From: Patescibacteria group bacterium
GTDB lineage: Bacteria > Patescibacteriota > Microgenomatia > UBA10105 > UBA927
Length of the DNA stretch: 41,109 bases
Direction of reading: 5' to 3'
Assembly (NCBI GenBank): GCA_038064255.1
Contig: JBBTTM010000011.1
Location: forward strand, 1 to 41,109
Shown here: in pieces, positions 9,690 to 17,793 of the stretch
Layout: the number at the start of each line of letters is the position of its first letter
How positions within the stretch are numbered: position 1 is the first letter of the stretch
The notes under the pieces: generated by a model
What the model saw: the letters and a program-made list of their open reading frames with translations, nothing else
Told to the model about the DNA's origin: nothing
Databases searched by the model: none
Position numbers and translations under genes: made by a program

Positions 9690-9716
9690 AAACTATAATG
9701 TGGCGTATCAATTTAG

Positions 9717-9744
9717 AATTTAGGTTCGAATCCCGCCTCTTTCA
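9717..9744 (+). repeat. tRNA 3'-end-like fragment (T loop, T-stem 3' strand, acceptor 3' strand); left copy of a degenerate direct repeat
   Basis: aatttaggttcgaatcccgcctctttca contains the canonical GGTTCGAATCC T-loop, but there is no matching 5' half upstream. A degenerate copy lies at 14139-14163. Confidence 0.55.
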
Positions 9745-10050
9745 TTCGCCGTAGTTTTAACGAAGGCAACCTGTCAGGCTGAAGTTATAATATCATGTTT
9801 CTTCAAAAATGCTCTTCCTGAATCAAGTTTTAAATATTTCTCAAAATTGAATGTAGTGTACTTATTGAAAAAAGCGAAATAAGAAATGAGCTTTATTGGT
9901 AATCTTTCTTTTATTGATGGAACATCGCCTTTATTGTGTCTATCTATTCCATCTATAAACATACAAAAGACGACATAACGAAGGCGGAGCATGCTGGTCT
10001 GGAACCTAAGTATCCTTATAACCACTCCTGTCTCAAATATTCGTTAGCCT

Positions 10051-11793
10051 TTATAATCCTTTCTCTTTTAATTCCTCCAGTAATCTGCGTCTGCGCCGGT
10101 AATTCGTTTTTATGTCGTTTACATATGCGAAAAATTCCTTATCCATTCCGATACCCTGCATTATTTTCAAATGGTGTGCTGCTTCCTGATATTTCTGGGT
10201 ATCCGTTTCAACAAGCATTGCATCAATTTTCTTTTTATATTCCGCGAAACATTCGGCCGGATAGTGTTTTTCAATAGCGTTGACCATATCCGGAAAACAA
10301 TCAGCGTCGTGATGCGTTCTAACCAACTTCAGTATCCGGTCTTTTTGATCTTCGTATTTGTATACCTTAAACGCATGAAGGATATCATGTTCTTTCACAG
10401 AATGCGTTTCCATCCTCTGCCAGTACTGTTCCTTTTCCTGTGCTGATCGGTAGAACTTCACCAGCTCCTGATAATCCTTTAACGATCCTGTCAGTAAATG
10501 GATACGCTCCAGATTATTGATAAACGACAGATATTCGTTCGTAGGTGAGTAAACGGTTTTCATAAATTCCCGTATGGTGATTTCTAGATTCTGAACATCT
10601 CTTTCAAGCAACGAATAATCAATCTCGTCACGGGAAGCGAGCTGAGACAATACGTCCCGGGCATACCGGATCACATCGTCCCTTCTACCGACTTTCTGAA
10701 AATACGCCAGCAAATCGGGTGCTAATTCGGGATTTTCATGCAGGGCGCGGATGCTTACCGCTTCAAATTCCCGCATGTTTCCGGTCTGATGATACAGATA
10801 CGCCAGAAGACCGCTATTGGCAGACGACATGTCCTTGTGATCGGACTTCGTAAGGAGATCAATCATCATGCCTGCATCATCGCCGTTCAAATGTATCGTT
10901 TTGATGCTTTTGAATATTTGCTCCTGAAACATGGTGTCGTTCAAAAACACCGAACCAAAAAACCGCAAACCGACGCCCCGTAAGGCAGTATTATCCGTTT
11001 GAACTAATATGGATACGTATCGATCAATGCTTTCCTCTTTAGATGCAATAAACGCATCAGCCAGATCAATATACTCTCCCTTCAAACTGCCCTGCTTTTC
11101 ATCCAGCGCTTCGTATACAGCCTGATAAATTTTCATCGCTTCGGCGGCGTTGCCGTTTTCTTCGTACTGCCGGCCTTCGTCGATGAAATTCGAAACGATA
11201 TCTCCCAACGATGCTCCTTCGTAATAATTTCCGTACCCGTCGGTATCGTAGTAGTCTTCTCCTTCCACATACCACATCTCTAGAAGTTGTCTCATGTCCA
11301 ATCCGTTTAGTACTTTCATAAAACGGCTTGTATACTCCGAAATTCTCACCGGCGTTTCCTGTGGGCCTGCAAGAAATATCTTCAGATCTTCCGCCAGTTC
11401 TGGTTTCCGTTTGAGGAGTTTTAATAAAAAATCCTGAAGATCACCAGACGAACTTTCTAAGAGCAATCGCTTGATTTCGCTTTCATTATGAGAAGCGCCT
11501 GATTTCGGATGAGCAACATTCCGGTCCGAAGCAAACGCCAATATGGCAGCCACAACATGTTTGCATGCACCGCCGAAATCGTACGGGCAACTGCAAGAGT
11601 ACGTAAGTTCGTCATGATCAAAACGCAGCCGCACGCGATACGGCTCATTTCCCGTCACGGTTGCCGTAAATTCCTCTCCGTCTTTCCGTAATGCGCTGAC
11701 CAACCCGTCATCAAAGTATACTTTCCCTTTTTCAAACGAGGAAAAATTCGCCACGGAAAACGCCAGATCTTCGGTAAATGCGATCTTAGCCAT
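10051..11793 (-). CDS. SWIM zinc-finger domain protein with a long helical C-terminal region
   Basis: The N-terminal region has the SWIM signature CxCx(n)CxH (YSCSCPYDFGGACKHVVAAILAF). The remaining ~480 aa look helical-repeat-like and the tail is basic (YRRRRRLLEELKEKGL). Confidence 0.75.
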   Translation of the reverse strand: MAKIAFTEDLAFSVANFSSFEKGKVYFDDGLVSALRKDGEEFTATVTGNEPYRVRLRFDHDELTYSCSCPYDFGGACKHVVAAILAFASDRNVAHPKSGASHNESEIKRLLLESSSGDLQDFLLKLLKRKPELAEDLKIFLAGPQETPVRISEYTSRFMKVLNGLDMRQLLEMWYVEGEDYYDTDGYGNYYEGASLGDIVSNFIDEGRQYEENGNAAEAMKIYQAVYEALDEKQGSLKGEYIDLADAFIASKEESIDRYVSILVQTDNTALRGVGLRFFGSVFLNDTMFQEQIFKSIKTIHLNGDDAGMMIDLLTKSDHKDMSSANSGLLAYLYHQTGNMREFEAVSIRALHENPELAPDLLAYFQKVGRRDDVIRYARDVLSQLASRDEIDYSLLERDVQNLEITIREFMKTVYSPTNEYLSFINNLERIHLLTGSLKDYQELVKFYRSAQEKEQYWQRMETHSVKEHDILHAFKVYKYEDQKDRILKLVRTHHDADCFPDMVNAIEKHYPAECFAEYKKKIDAMLVETDTQKYQEAAHHLKIMQGIGMDKEFFAYVNDIKTNYRRRRRLLEELKEKGL

Positions 11794-12652
11794 AATATTC
11801 TTGGTATTTTTCCGTCGGACAGCGGTCGTCTAAAACCTTGTGAGGGAAATAATTCCAGAAATCCTCGAAGAACCGGGTATTCTCGACAACGACGTTGTAC
11901 CCAATCCCGATTTTCTTCAGGTCAGTATAAAAATCCGCATAGTGACCCCGATAATCTTCCTGATAAAGAAAATCCGCCAGTGTCTCAAATGAAGTGGTAA
12001 ACCCGTATGTGTGTTTCAATTGCGCAAACTGCCTGATCACACTGAGTCGTTTCCGCCGGATTGCCGTTTTCGTAATGTTCTTCTTCTGAGACTGTTTAGC
12101 GGGTGCCAGCACGAGTTGGGCTGCATGCTTTGGAGTGATGCGCTCCTTGTTTTCTTTCCGAAGCATCGTTTTCATCCTCTCGGTATACGTCATCGGGTAA
12201 AACGCAGGGTTACTACCGACAAAATAATACACATCTCCGACCCGCGCTACTCTGTTATAGAACGTACCTTTCCGATTTTCCATCTGCAGGGAGAGTGACC
12301 GCTCCGATACCGTGTACCGTTTTCCGGTAAATATTCCGATAACGGTTACCGATACGCCTGGTACATTACGTTCCACCTCAAATAGATCATAGACCGATGT
12401 CTGGATAATCTGCCGCAGTTCATCCATCAAATTTTCCGGCAACGCGTCCGGATTCTTCAGAAAATACTCCGTGATAACCGTCGTTCCCCCAGGTATCTTA
12501 TAATCGAAAATGAGCCATTCGTTAAACAATGAAGAAATTATTTCCGAATCCGGATTGATGGTATATTTCCCGAAGAATTCACCGGCGGCCTTACGGATGT
12601 CAGCTCCGCTTTTGGGAATATATGCCACTACCATGCCAAATTTAAAATTCAT
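11786..12652 (-). CDS. Hypothetical protein, translationally coupled to the SWIM protein
   Basis: 288-aa ORF whose end overlaps the SWIM gene start by 8 nt. No recognisable catalytic motif. The central linker is basic (KKNITKTAIRRKRL). Confidence 0.6.
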   Translation of the reverse strand: MNFKFGMVVAYIPKSGADIRKAAGEFFGKYTINPDSEIISSLFNEWLIFDYKIPGGTTVITEYFLKNPDALPENLMDELRQIIQTSVYDLFEVERNVPGVSVTVIGIFTGKRYTVSERSLSLQMENRKGTFYNRVARVGDVYYFVGSNPAFYPMTYTERMKTMLRKENKERITPKHAAQLVLAPAKQSQKKNITKTAIRRKRLSVIRQFAQLKHTYGFTTSFETLADFLYQEDYRGHYADFYTDLKKIGIGYNVVVENTRFFEDFWNYFPHKVLDDRCPTEKYQEYYG

Positions 12653-12890
12653 ACTCAGATTCTACCAGATTTATACCTGAAACGTCACAATGGTATAATA
12701 GAGAAAGTATGTACAATTGGAACACGCCAACAAAACACTTGACTACATCACGACAGACAACAATCTGGAAGCTTAATCAACATATCAACTTCGGTTTAAA
12801 TGGGACAAAATTGAATTTTCGTTTAATCCGTAAATATTGGAAGTCTCTTTCTCTTGATCCAAAACGAAAACAGTATCTGCACTATCTCCT

Positions 12891-13550
12891 ATGGGGAAAA
12901 CTATCCTAACACCCATCCAGCGAAAGGCGATCAGTACAATTGCCGCCGACGCGATTGTAAGAAAACATTTTTATCTATCCGGAGGCACAGCGCTTGCAGA
13001 ATACTATCTCCATCATCGGCTTTCCGAGGATTTGGATTTTTTTAGCGAAAACGAAATCGACGTACAATGGCTCAACACACTTTCCGGTAAAATACAATCC
13101 ACCGTTGGGGCATCGAAAAAAGATCTCCAACAAAGTTTTAACAGGAATCTTGCTTTTTTTACTATTGGAAAAACTATTTTAAAAACTGAGTTTACCTATT
13201 TCCCGTTCACGCAGGTCGAAAAACCGATGATAGCTGACAATCTCCATATAGATTCACTCTTAGATATTGCCGTCAACAAATTCTTTACCATCTATCAACA
13301 ACCCGCTAGCCGCCATTTTATCGACTTATTCTGTATCCTCCAATCATCGGGTATTGCGTGGGATAATCTACCAAAACTTGCTCGAATAAAATTCGATACG
13401 GTTATTGACCCACTGCAATTAGGAAGCCAGTTAATAATTGCAAAAAATATTGGACAACTCCCATGTATGATTCTTCCGGTTAAAGAAACAGCATGGAGAT
13501 CATTCTTTCTTGAAAAAGCGAGGTATCTAAAAAAAGAAATTGGTCAATAA
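12891..13550 (+). CDS. AbiEii/AbiGii-type nucleotidyltransferase (toxin-like, DUF1814 family), short form
   Basis: FYLSGGTALAEYYLHHRLSEDLDFF matches the GGTAL...R.S.DlDf nucleotidyltransferase signature of AbiEii-family proteins. No AbiEi-like wHTH antitoxin gene is visible upstream. Confidence 0.65.
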   Translation: MGKTILTPIQRKAISTIAADAIVRKHFYLSGGTALAEYYLHHRLSEDLDFFSENEIDVQWLNTLSGKIQSTVGASKKDLQQSFNRNLAFFTIGKTILKTEFTYFPFTQVEKPMIADNLHIDSLLDIAVNKFFTIYQQPASRHFIDLFCILQSSGIAWDNLPKLARIKFDTVIDPLQLGSQLIIAKNIGQLPCMILPVKETAWRSFFLEKARYLKKEIGQ

Positions 13551-13552
13551 GT

Positions 13553-14146
13553 ATGTATACTATGGACTATAAAACCAAAACATCGCTCATTTTACCTTTT
13601 AAAGGTACATGGATGGTAAGTAATGGCGGTAGAACAGCGGAAACAAATAATCACAATCGTCCTCCTGAACAAGGGCCACAAAACCAACTTTTAGCGTATG
13701 ATTTTAGAATGGAAAGTACAGGAAAAGAAACAAAACTTGAAGAGTTTACAGTATTTGGAAAAGAAGTTTTATCTCCCGGGGACGGAATAATAATCCAAAT
13801 AATTAATGGATCAGTTGACGTACTCCCAGAGGAGCGTGATAGAAGTGTCGGTGTAGGCAATGCAGTAATTATCGATCACCAAAATGGTGAATATAGTTTA
13901 CTTTGTCATTTTAAACACAATTCAATACGAGTAAAAGTTAGTGAAAAAGTAAAACAAGGTGACGTATTAGGTTTATGTGGCAATACAGGAAATACGACTC
14001 AACCTCATATTCATTTTAATCTTCAAGATGGACCGTTGATGCATAAAGCAAATGCATTACCAGTACAATTTAAGAAAATAATTATTGATGGAATAGCAAA
14101 AATAAACGCCGAACTCGTACGAGGGCAGCTAGTGTCCAATATTTAG
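13553..14146 (+). CDS. M23 (LytM-type) metallopeptidase without a signal peptide
   Basis: GLCGNTGNTTQPHIHFNLQDG carries the HxH motif and an upstream AYDF segment fits M23. The N-terminus is not hydrophobic. The start lies 2 nt after the stop of the AbiEii-like gene. Confidence 0.7.
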   Translation: MYTMDYKTKTSLILPFKGTWMVSNGGRTAETNNHNRPPEQGPQNQLLAYDFRMESTGKETKLEEFTVFGKEVLSPGDGIIIQIINGSVDVLPEERDRSVGVGNAVIIDHQNGEYSLLCHFKHNSIRVKVSEKVKQGDVLGLCGNTGNTTQPHIHFNLQDGPLMHKANALPVQFKKIIIDGIAKINAELVRGQLVSNI

Positions 14147-14163
14147 GTTCTAATCCCGTTTCA
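14139..14163 (+). repeat. Degenerate right copy of the tRNA T-loop-like direct repeat
   Basis: atatttaggttctaatcccgtttca compares with aatttaggttcgaatcccgcctctttca at 9717-9744, differing by one substitution in the T-loop and a 4-nt deletion. It overlaps the M23 stop codon. Confidence 0.5.
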
Positions 14164-14197
14164 TGTTAGCCTCAAAGCTAAACAAACTATTGAATTT

Positions 14198-14237
14198 CTC
14201 TCCTTCGCGATATATAGCGGACTGCGTCCGCCGAAGG
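14198..14237. repeat. GC-rich hairpin repeat, copy 1 at the tRNA-Ser flank
   Basis: ctctccttcgcgatatatagcggactgcgtccgccgaagg, with the hairpin gcggac-tgc-gtccgc. Confidence 0.6.
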
Positions 14238-14324
14238 TCGCCCACGAATAACAACCTTTTCTTTACCCTTAGTTATATCTTTCATGAACGAAAGTCGCCG
14301 TCGCTAAAAGTTTTGCGACCGAAT

Positions 14325-14380
14325 CTCTCCTTCGCGATTTATTTGCGGACCGCGTCCGCCGTAGTCCCGCGAAGCGGGAC
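14325..14380. repeat. GC-rich hairpin repeat, copy 2, plus a second hairpin gtcccgc-gaa-gcgggac abutting the tRNA-Ser 3' end
   Basis: ctctccttcgcgatttatttgcggaccgcgtccgccgtag is near-identical in its core to copy 1. The 7-bp hairpin at 14364-14380 may be the tRNA-Ser 3' processing or terminator structure on the minus strand. Confidence 0.6.
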
Positions 14381-14385
14381 GAAGG

Positions 14386-14472
14386 CGGAAGGGGAGGGAT
14401 TTGAACCCTCGGTAACCTTGCGGCTACACGCGCTCTCCAAGCGCGCGCACTAGACCACTATGCGACCCTTCC
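14386..14472 (-). tRNA. tRNA-Ser (anticodon GGA)
   Basis: The reverse complement folds as a cloverleaf. The acceptor stem pairs GGAAGGG with CCCTTCC. The D arm pairs GCA with TGC and has GG in the loop. The anticodon stem pairs CGCGC with GCGCG, with loop TTGGAGA. There is a long variable arm (TGTAGCCGCAAGGTTACC). The T arm pairs GAGGG with CCCTC, with loop TTCAAAT. The discriminator is G. Confidence 0.85.
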
Positions 14473-14588
14473 TGTTGTTAGAGGCGACCATTATCACACC
14501 TCTCCAAGATTCAGGTATTATAGCATTTATTTAGTGAATATTGGCTTCGATATTGCTATGTTTTGATGGATTGGCGTACCATCACATC

Positions 14589-15857
14589 ATGGAAACAGAT
14601 TCTGTAAAGTCATTTGATGTCATTGTCATTGGCGGTGGGGCGGCGGGGATTATGGCGGCGCTTTCGGTAAAGGAGCATCATCCGGATTTTTCTGTAGCCA
14701 TACTTGATCAGACATTTGAACTCGGGCGAAAAATTCTTATAGCCGGTGCCGGAAGAGGGAATGTATCAAATAGTAATCTCATCAACGGGCCGGCTCATTT
14801 CTACCACGGAAATCAGACGCTTATCTCCTCTGTTTTTTCTCAGCTTGGATACAAAGAGATAATGATTTTTTTAGAGAACCTTGGAGTTCCACTCTACGAA
14901 GAAAAAAAGACAGATAAAGGGAAAATATTTCCATATATAGATAATGCAAAGACATTGCGAAATATCCTTCTCGATGAATTGACGAATAAAGGAATTCAGG
15001 TATATTGCAACACTCCGGTTCAGAACGCAGTTAAAACCAATATGGGATGGAAGGTGACATCGAAGGACCAAATTTTTGAATCTTCATATCTCATCCTTTC
15101 AACCGGAGGGAAAACATATCCAGCCTTAGGGTCTGACGGGTCAGGGTACGAGATTGCCCGAAGTGTGGGACATACAATAGTTGAACCAGTTCCTTGTGCG
15201 GTCCCGCTCGTATCAAAAAATCAATTATCACAACTTCTTCAGGGTGAAAAGATGGTTATGAAAGCGACTGCGTTTCTGGATGGAAAACAAGTTTCAGAAT
15301 CTGTCGGAGATGTCATGTTTACACAGTATGGTTTTTCCGGTCCTGCAATGCTTGATGTAAGTTATGAGATTTCAGTTCGGATAAATAGAGAGAAAAAGTC
15401 AGGAGCATCGCTTCGTCTTTCTTTTTTCCCTAGGCTCTCTAGAGAAGAGGTATCGGAAGAATTGAAAAAACGAAAAGAAAAGCATCCTTCATATATTGTC
15501 TCCCATCTCCTCTGGGGACTTCTCACAGAAAAAATATCAAACGCTATTTGTGTCATCGCTGGGATATCATCTGAGAGAAAGGCGAGCGAGATGACAGAGA
15601 AAGAAATGAATATTCTTGTAAGCACGCTTACATCGTTTGAATCTGAAGTCACGGGTACGCGCGGATGGAACGAGGCAGAATTTACTGCCGGAGGGGTAGA
15701 CGGAGCAGGGGTTGATAAAAAAACGCTTGAATCAGAAAAGATAAAATCTTTATATTTTGCGGGCGAAGTGCTTGACGTAGACGGCATGGTCGGTGGCTAC
15801 AATCTTTCCTGGGCGTGGGCTTCGGGATGGGTAGCTGGCCAATTAGGCAAGAAATAA
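14589..15857 (+). CDS. HI0933/BaiN-like FAD-dependent flavoprotein
   Basis: An FAD dinucleotide fold (FDVIVIGGGAAGIMAA) is followed by ILIAGAGRGNVSN and a C-terminal FAGEVLDVDGMVGGYNLSWAWASG, all characteristic of the HI0933-like family. The ATG at 14589 is preferred over the TTG at 14541. Confidence 0.75.
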   Translation: METDSVKSFDVIVIGGGAAGIMAALSVKEHHPDFSVAILDQTFELGRKILIAGAGRGNVSNSNLINGPAHFYHGNQTLISSVFSQLGYKEIMIFLENLGVPLYEEKKTDKGKIFPYIDNAKTLRNILLDELTNKGIQVYCNTPVQNAVKTNMGWKVTSKDQIFESSYLILSTGGKTYPALGSDGSGYEIARSVGHTIVEPVPCAVPLVSKNQLSQLLQGEKMVMKATAFLDGKQVSESVGDVMFTQYGFSGPAMLDVSYEISVRINREKKSGASLRLSFFPRLSREEVSEELKKRKEKHPSYIVSHLLWGLLTEKISNAICVIAGISSERKASEMTEKEMNILVSTLTSFESEVTGTRGWNEAEFTAGGVDGAGVDKKTLESEKIKSLYFAGEVLDVDGMVGGYNLSWAWASGWVAGQLGKK

Positions 15858-15860
15858 GAC

Positions 15861-15900
15861 GTATCTTGCAACATCTTGAAGTATCTTGCAACATCTTGCA
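15861..15900 (+). repeat. Tandem 2 x 20-bp repeat (four ~10-bp ATCTTGCAAC-like units) upstream of the Fic gene; candidate operator or promoter element
   Basis: gtatcttgcaacatcttgaa followed by gtatcttgcaacatcttgca; the two units are identical over their first 18 nt. Confidence 0.6.
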
Positions 15901-15921
15901 ATTTGGGATACAGTTGGCTCA

Positions 15922-16899
15922 ATGAAATTTCCACCAATATATATCATATCCACAAAAGCAAGGGAATGTGTCGAGAAATTGAATGCTCATAAATCTTCGT
16001 TTGCCTTACAGAATATAGACCCCTCAGTGCTGATTCACTTACGACGTAAAACGCTTTTAAAAAGTTCTCTCTATTCTGCCCGGATAGAAGGAAATCCATT
16101 AACTCTAGAAGAAATATCTGTTCATGATTCTGATACGGATATTCATATACAGGAAGTCGGAAATCTCGTATCTTCCTATGAAAAATTACCATCAACATTT
16201 ACTCAAGAGATGAACGTTACCCTCTTAAAACAATTCCATAGGTGGATTCTTTCAGGAATAAGTTCTGGTGCCGGTTATTTTAGAAATGAAGAATCTGCAA
16301 TTTTTAATCAAGCAGGAATTGCCGTGTATCTTTCCCCTGCTCCATTTCATGTACCAAGTCTCACCACTGAACTATGTTCATATATTGCATGCTCAAGAGA
16401 TCCGGCTCCGATTACGGCCGCGGTAGCGCATATATGGTTTGAAAAAATTCATCCGTTTCTAGATGGAAATGGAAGAGTAGGCCGGCTGTTATCATCTTGG
16501 ATTCTTTCTCATGGAGGATACGATTTTTCAGGACTTGTATCATTTGAAGAGTATTTAGAGAGTCATAGGAGTGAATATTATTCTGCTCTTGGAAAAGAAA
16601 CACAGGATGTGAGTCTCTTTATAGATTTTTACCTGGAAGCGCTTCACGAGCAAGTTGTAAAAAGTTTTTCAAATATATCAATTGATACTTTAGTTCAAAC
16701 AAATGATCTTCTGCCCAGAAGAGAAGAGATATATAAAACTATTTGTGACCACGGCGTAGTATCATTTGATTTTATCAGGCGTAGATTTCTACGGATTTCC
16801 GAGCGAACATTGCACTATGATGTACAACAACTCATAAAAGAAAAGTATATAACAAAAATAGGGTCAACTCGAGGTGTGTTATATAAAAGAAGGAAGTAA
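15922..16899 (+). CDS. Fic-family protein (AMPylase type) with an N-terminal auto-inhibitory motif and a C-terminal wHTH-like domain
   Basis: Fic core motif HPFLDGNGRVGRLL. Upstream, SARIEGN fits the (S/T)xxxE(G/N) inhibitory helix. The ATG at 15922 (MKFPPIYI) is preferred over the TTG at 15886, which lies inside the tandem repeat. Confidence 0.85.
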   Translation: MKFPPIYIISTKARECVEKLNAHKSSFALQNIDPSVLIHLRRKTLLKSSLYSARIEGNPLTLEEISVHDSDTDIHIQEVGNLVSSYEKLPSTFTQEMNVTLLKQFHRWILSGISSGAGYFRNEESAIFNQAGIAVYLSPAPFHVPSLTTELCSYIACSRDPAPITAAVAHIWFEKIHPFLDGNGRVGRLLSSWILSHGGYDFSGLVSFEEYLESHRSEYYSALGKETQDVSLFIDFYLEALHEQVVKSFSNISIDTLVQTNDLLPRREEIYKTICDHGVVSFDFIRRRFLRISERTLHYDVQQLIKEKYITKIGSTRGVLYKRRK

Positions 16900-16916
16900 A
16901 TATATATAATAACTCC

Positions 16917-17789
16917 ATGGGTGCGATACTTTCAGGTTTTATAACTTATATTGGGTGGGGAACTGGTGATATATTTGGAGCTACAGCTGCCCGAAAAGTT
17001 GGTGCTGCAACGACAACACTTTGGGCTATTCTCATTGGCATGGCGTTGTTATCTTTATATATCCCTTTTGCATTATCAGAGCTTCAGGGCGTTACCATGC
17101 CGATCGTAATTTTATCGCTTGCCCTTGGAAGCCTATTTATACTTGGAAATATCCTTATAAATGAAGCGTTGATACTTTCGAGTGTTTCCCTTATCGGTGC
17201 AATACTATCTCTTATCCCTATTTTAACTCTCGTTTTATCTCTTTTATTTTTTCATGATACAGTGAGTCCTCTCCAGTGGGTGATAATAGGCGTTGTGCTT
17301 ATAGGTGTATTTCTCTGTACTGTTAATTTTGATGATATTAAAAAGGGGAACGGCATTCGCGACAAGGGCGTGATCTTAAGCATTATTTCAGTGCTCATGG
17401 TTGCGGTGTATTTTACGGCTTTACGGCTCCCTATGGGAAAAGTTGGATGGTTCTGGCCAGTATATATAGGATATTTTTCTTTTCCGATATTTTTTATTTA
17501 TGCTCGGATAAGAAATATCTCATTTGAATCTCCATTTAAAAAAAATGCTTTTCTTCCGATACTGTTTTCTGCATTGAGTCTTCGAACTGCTGAAATATCA
17601 TTTAATATTGGGTTAAACTTATACGGTTCTACGATCATAGCGCCGATTGCCGGTGCGTATCCATCGCTTTTTCTCATCCTATCGTTTATATTTTTCCATG
17701 ATCCTTTAAGTATTCAACAGAGGATTGGGATTTTTATTACGATTGCAGGTGTAGTGGTATTTAGTTTGCTTCCGTTATTTACAGGGTAA
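16917..17789 (+). CDS. EamA/DMT-like permease
   Basis: 290-aa polytopic membrane protein (about 9-10 TM) with a two-half EamA-like organisation. Confidence 0.6.
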   Translation: MGAILSGFITYIGWGTGDIFGATAARKVGAATTTLWAILIGMALLSLYIPFALSELQGVTMPIVILSLALGSLFILGNILINEALILSSVSLIGAILSLIPILTLVLSLLFFHDTVSPLQWVIIGVVLIGVFLCTVNFDDIKKGNGIRDKGVILSIISVLMVAVYFTALRLPMGKVGWFWPVYIGYFSFPIFFIYARIRNISFESPFKKNAFLPILFSALSLRTAEISFNIGLNLYGSTIIAPIAGAYPSLFLILSFIFFHDPLSIQQRIGIFITIAGVVVFSLLPLFTG

Positions 17790-17793
17790 TTCT

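Noticed and set aside
9774-10025. 83-aa minus-strand ORF as an integrase or recombinase remnant at the islet boundary
   Set aside because: No tyrosine- or serine-recombinase motifs are recognisable, and the region is AT-rich with overlapping ORFs on both strands. It was kept only as non-coding context for the repeat acgaaggcgga at 9979-9989.
12709-12909. 66-aa ORF upstream of the AbiEii-like gene as the missing AbiEi antitoxin
   Set aside because: It is far shorter than AbiEi proteins, has no HTH-like pattern, and has the low-complexity composition of intergenic AT-rich DNA. It overlaps the NTase start only by chance of frame. An RNA or very small antitoxin cannot be excluded.
14163-14453. 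96-aa plus-strand ORF
   Set aside because: It runs through the GC-rich hairpin repeats and into the tRNA-Ser gene on the other strand. Its translation (RRSPTNNN..., AVVPRSGTKAEGEG) is repeat-derived, so it is not a credible gene.
8896-14576. The heptamer tggcgta recurring at 8897, 9701 and 14571 as outer att-like boundaries
   Set aside because: The motif is too short for three occurrences in 41 kb to be significant on its own. It is mentioned only as weak support within the islet finding.
14198-15900. CRISPR array
   Set aside because: The repeats here occur in only two copies each. The hairpin-repeat copies are diverged, and the tandem units at 15861-15900 have no spacers. There is no regular repeat-spacer periodicity and no cas genes in the window.
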